Shown piece after piece: positions 1 to 9,775 of a stretch of 64,000 nt of DNA. The notes under the pieces were generated by a model. It did not search any database, was not told the DNA's origin, and worked only from the letters and a program-made list of their open reading frames with translations. The position numbers and the translations under genes are program-made. The stretch lies in NCBI GenBank assembly GCA_002269645.1, contig NIVC01001126.1, forward strand, positions 62,001-126,000, given 5' to 3'. The first letter of the stretch is position 1. The number at the start of each line of letters is the position of its first letter. The DNA comes from Macrostomum lignano. Its lineage: Eukaryota.

Positions 1-1779
1 TTAGAAAGGGAAAGCCAAAAGGCCTAGTACAACTTGGTGGCATTTAGTGAGATAATTTCAAGACAGAAATAACCTGTGACAATTTTGGTATTAGCAGTTG
101 GAATTTTAATAGAGAGAAGTTAGCCCTGCAACAACTTTGGTAGCAGCTTTTATGATATTTTAAAAGACAAAGGAAAACACCCTGTCATAGCTGGTATAGC
201 ATCAGTAGAACTTATTATATATCAGAAAAGAAAGATGCCTATTACACATTATTTTAAAAAAATGAAAGGATATACTGTATCAGTTACCACTACTGACTTT
301 TGTGCCATTTGTGCACTGTTTCTGTGCCTTAACCCATAAAACTACACAAAACATATATAGGAATTAAACATTTAAAAATACAAAAAAGTTTAACAAATAA
401 TTATACATTTTATATAACAAAGTTATAAAAATGTATGTATCATAGACCCTTTATAGTGCAAATTAATTAGTAAATAATATATTTTATTAATATAATTAAA
501 ACCTAGAAAAAATATTTTTCTTGAATATGCCTACACATGTACTAGTTATCATTATCAATAAATAAGCTACTTAAACTTTTTGAACTACTTGACTCAACTA
601 AACTACATAAATATCAAGATATATGATAAAAACTTTTTGATTTTTATTATTAAAAAATAAGGTTAAGTACTCAATTTTAAAGTAGCAAGTCAGGTACTTA
701 TAGGGTATCTATAATAAATATTCCTAGATTTAAGAGTAGGCTGCTTAGTGGTTTCTTGTGAGCTTATGCCAAAAACTTAGGCAGCATATCTAGAAGTAAG
801 CAATTAGCTAAATAAAGTTTTAGCACCTAATTTGCCAATGATTATCTGTTCAATCACAAACTAAAAATAATCCTAGCCTGAGTGGTCCTACTGATAAAAA
901 TTGCAATAATTTATAATTTTCTAATTTATTGAAATAAATTAGAAAATATAATATGGAAGCATGGCATAAGACTTAGATTGTGATTATCTAGTAGCACACT
1001 GAGCTTTTTTGCATATAGTCATTATTGATAGATGGCATGCCATGCGTACTATGGGGTTTTTAATCTCTTTCCCACTACCACAGAGCACTGTGTCAATTTA
1101 CACCTATATGGCTCAAGAAATTCCCATAGACTACTGACTGGCTTCTTTAACTATTGAGTTCCAATCCAACTGTCCTAAAATTAAGGCTTGATTGATACTA
1201 CAGTTTATTAAAAACTGTTTATGGTAAAAACAGTCTAAAATCATGCAGTAAATTTTTCTTGATACCACAAACTTGTCAAACTTTACTGTATAATTTAATT
1301 CAACTTATGCAAGACTCAAAATAGCTAATAACATTGACAAGGCCACAAATGCAATTATGGAAGGTTCCCATGTTTTTACTAGCAATGGCACCAACAGCAA
1401 ATATGTGACAGTCCATGGAGATTTGCTAGACAAGGAATAAGAATAAGAGGGTGAGAGTAATGCCAAAATAGCTGAGCATGGAGTCGATTTTTCCAATGAG
1501 AATGAATGGACAACAATTCAAGATGGTAAAAATTTGCATCTTGGCAATCTGCTTGAATTCCTTGCTGTGCCTAGCCTTAACCTAGACATTCAAGCACAAG
1601 CTCTTGAATGTAAAATGGCCTAAGTGCAATTCTATCTGCAGCACTTTCTTACTGCTGATCTGGTGTCTGCCATTTGCATTTGAACCAATGCCTAAGCTGA
1701 CATGGAGCTTCAACATTTGACAGCTAAAGATCAAAATGGAGCTTTTCCCAATTTGCCTATCAACTTGGAGACTGTATAC

Positions 1780-2070
1780 CATACATGCGCAACTGCTAGC
1801 TGACCTGGCCGATCCGGCCACTGTAAATTGTGGTGGACCAGGGGTAAGTCACAAAAATGCCCACCCCAAAAGAATACAGTAATACTAATTAGATGACAAA
1901 ACATTTAGCCCTTTTAAAACAGTTATAGTTACTCCTGCCATTTACCCCTGCCGTTATTCCTGCCGTTTTGCATTAATTTTGCTTTAGGGTTTCTTTCACA
2001 AGTAAGTCACATTTTTGGTCAAAAAGTAAGTTGCATGGCCAGTATAAATCAGGGGGGTTGCGCATGTATG
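1780..2070. mobile_element. Non-autonomous MITE (family A, hAT-like) inserted in the piggyBac relic
   Basis: Perfect 14-bp TIR catacatgcgcaac (1780-1793) / gttgcgcatgtatg (2057-2070). Body is homologous to 27176-27433, ~27850-28077 and ~18820-19175. TSD not cleanly recoverable at this copy. Confidence 0.8.
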
Positions 2071-3089
2071 CTGCTGTACTGACAATGAGGTGAAGAAGTC
2101 TAGCAATTGTTCTGTACATGGGTCTTGTGAAGAAGCCCAAATGAAATAAGTCTGGTCATATACAAGAGTATGTGCAGTTCATGCCCAACAAGCATGCCAG
2201 ATTTGGCATTAAGGTATACTGCTTGACAAAAGCTTTGACAGGTTTTCTATGGAACTTTTATGTACATGCTGTTAAGTAGGATAACAACAAGTTTGGAGCT
2301 GGATTAAACTATGAGAATTTGTCAATGAGCAAGAAGATTGTCATTGAATTGAGTAAAAATTTGCTAGACCTGGGTTAAAAGGTCTTCTGTGATAGCTAGT
2401 TCACATTGCTCTATCTGGCATAGTTTCTGCTGGAATGCAGTATACTTTACTAACTGGGACAGTGAGCCCAAATTGAGGTATGCCTTTCAGTCATTTTGCA
2501 ACCTATTAGTCACTCCTAGATATGCTATAGTGATGTTCTTGCAGTCAAGCTAGTAAACAGGAAAGCAAGCAGTTGTAAAACTGTTTATTTGTTGGATATG
2601 CACAGTGTTGTTCAAAGCATGGAAGTAAGGCAAGTGATCCAAGGCAGAGCAGAGAAGTCAGTTTTAAAGCCAAATTTGGTGCTGCATTATAATAAGAACA
2701 TGGGAGGCATTGATCGCCTTGATACAGCACTGCAGCCTTATAGTGCAAGGAGAAGAACCTACAGATTACAGATAGCACCAAAAGCTTAGGTTCCACATTT
2801 TGCTGCAGTTGGTTTGCAATGCCTTGGTCTGCAGGGGGTAGGGGTTGCAGGGGTTGTAGGGGGGGGTAGGGGGTAGGGGGGGCAAGGAGAAAGCAATATC
2901 AAATTCATTGAATTTTTGGAAGCTGTAATCTGTACTCTCATGGAGCAGACAAGCTAGGGCAAATGGGCTATTTCATAGCACATACCATCTAAGCTGCTAT
3001 TGACAGATGCCAATGCAAGGCCAACAAAGCAATGCAGAGTCTGCTATAGCAATGCTGTGGCCAAGAAAATGGGTTCTATGCTTAGGAAT

Positions 3090-3237
3090 AACCTAGGGAT
3101 TCACCCAGCTATTTCTATTGGCAACACACATATGTAAGTTGCTATTGGACGGAATAGTAGTCACATGACTACTCTTAGCCAATAGCAATTTACATGCATG
3201 TGTTGCCAATAGAAATGGCCAAGTAATTCCCAAGGTT
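3090..3237. mobile_element. Palindromic (hairpin) MITE of ~148 bp inserted in the piggyBac cysteine-rich domain
   Basis: atttctattggcaacaca (3111-3128) pairs with tgtgttgccaatagaaat (3199-3216). Central agtagtca-ca-tgactact palindrome. Arms extend to ~3090/3237 with mostly transition mismatches. Confidence 0.7.
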
Positions 3238-4349
3238 GTACATATATGTGGTGTTTGTATGCATTGGTTGCCTAGGAGAGCCTAGGCTATATGCTGTCCA
3301 ATGCTTTTAGAATTGGTAAGGGGGCTATACTGCAATAGTACAATAGTTATACTGGTGGTATATTCTGATGTAATAATAATATAATATTATAATATAAATA
3401 TAATATAGGTCTATTCTAATAATGTAATTAAAATTTATTCTAATTGCATTCACAATATGAAATTCAAAATTCTCTGCTTAAATGCCTCATTGGTGCATTA
3501 AATATTGTTTACCTTAAAGTTTTTTGTCTTATTGTTATCATTTTTTAAAGTTTTTAAGGTTTTTGTTATCTATCCTATACTTGCAGTCAAATATAATTGA
3601 AAATATGAAAAAATAATATGGCATACACAGCATGCCATCTATGACTTCTAAGGAAATAGAAAAGTCATATTTATGCTAAACCATATAGGCCATATACATA
3701 TTCTTAGTATATAGTTAGGCCCTAAATGAGGCATATAGCATACCTAGTATGCTATTAGTATTAGGAGGGTTATATGGCAGACTGGTACTAACTAGGCCTA
3801 ACTAAGAAATTGATTATATCATAATTGCTTATGTAGCTTTTACTTTAACCAACTTGATTTGAGTTAAAATATAAGGCCTAAGTGCTACAATTCATGTCAT
3901 CAATTGGATAAGACCTAGCTTAGATATGAATAGACTAAGCTACTAATAACAATATGGGTTTTTCTAGAGTGGAATTTTTTATTATTAAAAGCTTTTTTAA
4001 TTTCAGCTTTAGGAGAACTTAAGAAGAGTTCATATAAAAATAAAAGAAGCATTATGTAAAAGTATAACATATAAGAAGCAGCATATGAGACATAAATAAA
4101 GCATCATATAAAAGTTAAAACTGAACCTATATTATGATTTCTAAGGTTAAGGAGATTTACTTAAATGTCAAGGCTTATAACAAGGAGAAATGCCAAGATT
4201 TTATAAGAAATGAAACATTGGTAGGGCCTATTTTCTCCCACTTTTCTTATGGAAGAATGGATAAATTATTAACTCTAATGAGGAGAATTGCTAGGCCCTA
4301 AGATATCAAGGCTTATTGCTTATATGGGAATTGTTAACATTTTAAAGCC

Positions 4350-5110
4350 TATATGATATATACTAATAAAGAGCTTGTGTGCATAGTAGCTGTCTACCCA
4401 GTATTTAAATTAGGTGCATAGCAATTGCATCTTTAACTTATTATATAGTATATCATAGGCATATAGGCCTACTATTCAAATTATTAAAAATTAATATTTG
4501 AATTAACTAAAAATAGCTATAAATTTAAGATTAAATTGTACATAAGATAAAACAAGTAATAAATTATTAAATAAGTTTTGTGAGTAGCAATGTGTAGATT
4601 TAAGGGAAAGGAAAGGGTCCAATTTGGTATTTGGATTTGGTATTTATAGTGTGCCTGATAGACAGGCACACTATATATACTCAGCAACATCAGAAAATTC
4701 CATCTGTGGTCGCCACTTTTGAGAGTGCAAATAAAGTCTCTCAATCTTTGTGAGTGACGTGACTTAGCTATGCTGTGGCACACTTGAGTTGAAGAATAAA
4801 GTGAGGGGGCAATATGTGTGGGTTGGATGGATTAAAGCTACCCTGATCAGTTTTCTTGTATCTTTTATTTCAGGATAGTTTGAGAAAAATTGCTCACTAG
4901 TGCATAGAGTGGCGACTTTTCACTGTTGCTGAGTACATGTATATATTGCCTATTTACCATGCAAGCAGTTAAAACACTAGGTGGATAGCTACTATGCACA
5001 CAATTTAAAAATAGGTAGATGGCTGCCATGCCCATGCATGCAATTTAAACATTGGGTAAATGGCAATATGGCTACTATGCACACAAGCGCTCCAATATGA
5101 TAAATATCAA
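4350..5110. repeat. Eroded inverted-repeat (foldback-like) element
   Basis: Inverted matches: ttgtgtgcatagtagc (~4376) vs gctactatgcacacaa (~4988, ~5072); actcagcaaca (~4679) vs tgttgctgagt (~4924); gtcgccact vs agtggcgac. Ends approximate. Confidence 0.5.
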
Positions 5111-6687
5111 TAACTTTGGCCATTTAGTTTCTTTATTGATGTTAAAATGTGCATACTAATATACATAACAAACTAAGCAAATAGCATGATTCCAATTCCA
5201 CATGATGACTCACTTATCTCTTAACCCTTGGTAAGCCATCCCATTTGATTTTGCTTGTCATCTAGTCCAATGTATAGCCATCCCACTCCTACTATATACA
5301 TTGTATTTTTTAACATCAGTTCAACAACAACAACAATAACAAAATAGGCAACCCCACATGCAGAGTCAGTTAGAGCAGGGCACGTCAGTCAGATGGTGTG
5401 CCACAAAGCCTAATAGCAAATAAAGTCTACTCTGTTGGCAATGTTAGGTGCCCCAGCGTCACATAGCAGGCAGTCCATATATTGATGGGTTCAGGCTTGA
5501 CCCCATCTGAATGGACCCTGCAAGGTGAGCAGCAGGACATCCTGAACAGGTTGGGGGCAGGCGGGCAGTAGCCCTCAGCCCAGTTACAGCCCAGTTTAAT
5601 CAGTTCAACATCAGTAAAACCCAATTTGTCAAAGCGCCTATATGGTTCATAGGCGCTTAGGGTAATCGCTAAGATATCAACGCTTGGGGAGGGCCAGGGG
5701 TATTGCTATTGCTAACACAAGATGTCAAGGCTCATAAGCCAAGCCATATGCCCATATTCAGGATCATGTTGAATGCACACTGGAATGAATACTGGAGTTT
5801 TTTTGTTTGTACACCTATAGTAGCCTACTGCACATTGTGCTCACCAACTATATGCCATGCATACCATCGTTTTCCTTTCTAAGGACTTCTTTAGCTTTAT
5901 AGGCATTCAATTACTCAATGCTTTTGCTTTTTGTAATAAGTCATGTCCTGGCGTCTAACAATTGCTGAGAAATTATTGTAGCTAGGCTAAACATATATGG
6001 TAAACATATGTGGTGTTCTGTCAAAAGTGTATTACGTTACCTCTACAGATTAACCTATGATTCGATTAATCAGGGCACAAAATTCACAAATCAAAAAGTC
6101 AAATAAATTTTTAAGCGTCAGCCTCGTCAGACAGGACAAGATTTCTCAGAAAATGCTTTGATGGGAAATGTTTTAAAACGGGACTTGGTATTTACAACAA
6201 AGCACTAAAAAGATTTTATACTTTAGCCAAACGATATTAAAAAGTTCAAACGAAAAATCAGTTCCTACAAAATATTCTCATGTTTTGTTTTCGTTGATGT
6301 CAATTGTCAATATGGCTTAACCTTTTATAGGTTTCCTTATTTGGAAATTGGATTTTACAGGCGCAGCGTTTGTCGCCCCTAATTCTAGATCAAGTAATCA
6401 AGTTCCACCTATTTAGAAGACGATTTATTAAAAGAATCCAATACGTTTATTGTATTTTTCATTCAGAAGCGCCGCCATGGATTTTATGATGGGGGACAAA
6501 CCAAGAATTTCCATGTATTGTACAGTAAATAAATTGTAAATGCACATGACTAATTTTCTACATGGGCATAATTTTGGAAATCGGTGTTGTCAGTGCTCAT
6601 TTTGGCGCCGCAGGCACTCATTTTAGCGCCACAGCACTCATTTTGGCACTGAGAAGGCGCTATATTTTGGCGCCCTGAAGAATAATA

Positions 6688-8619
6688 ATTGTCTCATGAC
6701 TGAGCGTGCGTTTTTGGTCCAAAAAGCGTGCATTAATCTTACAGTACAGTCTATGGCCCAACCCTATGCTGCGTAGCCAAAAAAGCGTGCAGATAATGAA
6801 AAAAGCGTGCAGATAATGAAAAAGCGTGCAGATAATAGCGTACAGCGCCACAAAAAACAGCAGTTTGCAAGCAACGTTTATTAAAACAAAGGGGAAAAAC
6901 ACAGCAGAATTTAACACCGATGCACAGAAACAAAAAGTCAGCAGTAAAACAGATGACAGCAGAAAGGTCGACGAAGATCTTAGATGCGTCCAAACGTGCA
7001 GCCGGTGACGGGACCACTGAAATTAAATACAACCTGCGGTACAGGCCCAGTAGTGTTGGTGGTTGGGGGCTCCGCAATCACACGAGCAGCAGGATCGTCC
7101 GTATTCGCCACGGCCCGTCGCGGGACCTTGCACGGAAGCGCCGAAACCTCCTTATCGACGCAGGCCACCTGGTTCGCCTTCATCGCCGTGTTCAACGACG
7201 AGCACATGTCCTGCATCTCGCCAACGCGGCGTGACCCGAATCGAAGGTACCGCTCGACAGAGGCCGTGGCCTTGTGCCCCGTGACCTTGCAAATGTCGGA
7301 TACTGAATGGCCGGCCACGGAGAGCTCCTTGATGACGGTGGACCGAACGCAGTGCGCAGTGTAGCGCCGGCTCAAGCTGGCTGCCTCGCAAATGCGTGGG
7401 AAGAGCTCGGCAAAGCCATTAACGCCAATAGGCTGCTTGGGCGAAAACCACGTCCCCTTCTCGAAATCACTAACCTTCGGCTTCAGGAAGAACGCCACGT
7501 CATCGGACGCCTTTTCGCCACAAGATGAAGAGCTAGGAATTGACGCACTTCTCTTCAGGAGGTAAAGTCGGAGGCACTCGACCGGGCACTTCACAGGAGA
7601 CTCGGTCATCACAGCCTCCTTGACATTGTCGCTAGCGGCACGGCCCAAGTCCCTGGCGACATTCTTCACCCGCTTCTCTCGAAGGCGAACGATCTCGCGA
7701 CCATCGGGGGCCTTGTCGAACTCGAAGCTGTCCACCCGCAAATCCCTCAACCACTCTCGACCACGGGTGCCGAAGTAGAAGACGACGTTGTAGTACGTCT
7801 CATGCAGAAGGCGAGTGGGAGAGCTCCGGTCGAAGTAGTCACCCAGTTTCTGTAGGTCCGATGGCTCCATGGCCTGGAAGTGGTCCACGCGGCCACCGCG
7901 GGCAAAGAAAATACGCCCACCGGCCTTCAGAATTTGATTTGCAGAGTAGAATCGACCATCGGAAATGATGTTGATGCCCCGGTTCTTCATCAGGTAGCGG
8001 AACAAGGCAGCGCGAATGCACACAAGGCTGCTAGGAGCATACGGCTGGCCATCAGTCTTGCGAAGAGTGCCGTAAAAGTAGCGCAGGCCAACGCTCAGCT
8101 CCTCAGGTTGCGAGGTGTCCAAATCGACGCGCAGGTGCGGATACTTGGCCAAGAAATCGCGAAAATTCGCGACGTATTGATCGAGCCTCATGCTTCTTAG
8201 ACGATTTTACATCGGTCTCTTGCTCCAGCGCCCGGATTGATGCGTCAAGGTCGATCGAGGCCAAGTCGTCGTTCAAATCAGGGATGGAGTCGAATAGGCG
8301 GTTCAGCTCCTCGTTGTCGTCCACACTAGTTGCTTGGAGACGTAACTGCTCGTCCACAAGCTTCTCAACGTCGGCCCACTCCAAATGGTGGGAGATCTCA
8401 CCGGCCGTCATGCCGCTTCTTATGCCGTTAGGAAATAAATGGATCCATATGGGGCCAAACTCACGATCAGAAGCTTGTGCATAGCAAGAAATTGTCTATG
8501 GTCACTAAGAAAATGTCTATGGTAGGAACTCCTAGCTGCAGGAACAAAAAGCGTGCAGATAATAAAGTACAGTGCTGTGACGAAGAATTTTTTCAACGCA
8601 CGCTCAGTCATGGGACAAT
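6688..8619 (-). mobile_element. Crypton-type (tyrosine-recombinase DNA transposon) element
   Basis: Single tyrosine-recombinase gene with no RT or DDE domain, bracketed by 25-bp inverted repeats with one mismatch: attgtctcatgactgagcgtgcgtt (6688-6712) and aacgcacgctcagtcatgggacaat (8595-8619). Subterminal aaaaagcgtgcagataat occurs x3 at ~6780-6837 and x1 at 8546-8563. Confidence 0.75.
6980..8411 (-). CDS. Crypton/DUF3504-family tyrosine recombinase (403-aa ORF 8191-6980, with an upstream 102-aa ORF offset by one base)
   Basis: Core-binding motif LRYFYGTLRKTDGQPYAPSSLVCIRAALFRYL. Catalytic set present: FYFGTRGRE (R), RVKN (K), TAHCVR (HxxR), KVTGH (H), VERY (Y). Confidence 0.85.
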
Positions 8620-9775
8620 ATGCCCCATGACTGAAGCGCACGAGTGCCATAGACTATTATCGCACTCGAAAGCCTAGTAGTAATCTTACATTAATTTTCA
8701 CGAGTCACAAGTGAGTTGGGCGGGGGACAAAGCATAGGCATGTCCCCCAATAGCTTTTATTGGGGGTGGGGGACATATCCCCCTTAGACGACGCCCCTGA
8801 ATTCAATACTCAGACTCAGTCTTTAATGTGCCTTACACTTTCACCGGCACCATTTTGAAACGTTCCTACGCCCCGAAAATTTTTTTCGGGACCAACAAAT
8901 AAACACGCTAACACGTAGCTTTATGTGTAAATAAAGAAACCCACAGCGAGATTAAAATATTTTATTTCGGCTTGCTAATTTTCTAAAATATATGTATGAA
9001 TGAACCTATTAAATATTGAATGATACTTTATTTGGAAGACAAAAAATTTATTATTGTCAATTGCAGCTCGTAAAGGAGCATGCACAATAATTCCGTGATT
9101 TGAGGAAAACAGTATGAAGGAATGATTTATGATCTTAATTATTAACAGCAATTGCGTTTCTACTCACTTAATCGCATCTCAGTTCAAGATAATAAAAAGG
9201 ACTACTTGAACTACTCTTAGTAGTATGCAAACTGATTGATCGAATTGCAAAATTAACACAGAATAACTTTTTAGCAAACAGAAATGAAGTAAACCACAAC
9301 AAATGCAGTTACTTTTTACACTTGCAACAGACTGGTTTGGGCAATTTAAAAATTAAATCACGGAAATAACAGTAGTGACAGTGAGTAGTAGAGTAAATGT
9401 ATACAGATAAAGTATTGTTTAAGTAGGAGCACTCATAAATATAAAGGAGTACAGCAGCACCATTCGATCCAATGAGAAAAAACAACGAGTAACGGAATGC
9501 ATGAAATTTCTCTAAGCATGATTATCTAATGACCAAACCGAATCTCTACAGTAAATATTCTGGAAGACAATGATGAAAGTATCGCGAGAAAAAATAGACA
9601 CTTATATAAACGAATACTGCGATCACTGTGATCACACGAAAAAACTGACACAATTAAAAAGGCACGTTGCTCTGCTTAAGTAATAGTTTTGCACATTGGT
9701 CCGCATCAATAGGCGTTAGAAAAGCAGGCGTTACTATGGTAACGACAGTACACAGTAGTTATATATACAATCAAA

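Larger units (their letters stand above)
1303..3310 (+). pseudogene. Degenerate piggyBac-like (PGBD4-type, DDE_Tnp_1_7) transposase relic with many stops and two nested insertions
   Basis: Recognisable piggyBac motifs: YVQFMPNKHARFGIKVYCL (~2170-2225), KPNLVLHYNKNMGGIDRLD (ORF 2589-2789), and a C-terminal cysteine-rich domain split in two (QCRVCYS ~3030; CIGCLGEPRLYAVQCF ~3260-3310). Frames are broken by stops and indels; the 5' limit is approximate. Confidence 0.8.

Noticed and set aside
5427-5624. 65-aa Cys-containing ORF in the eroded block
   Set aside because: No recognisable family or splice context; probably decayed transposon sequence
5632-5658. 10-bp perfect hairpin aagcgcctat/ataggcgctt
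   Set aside because: Short, with no functional context; probably part of a MITE end
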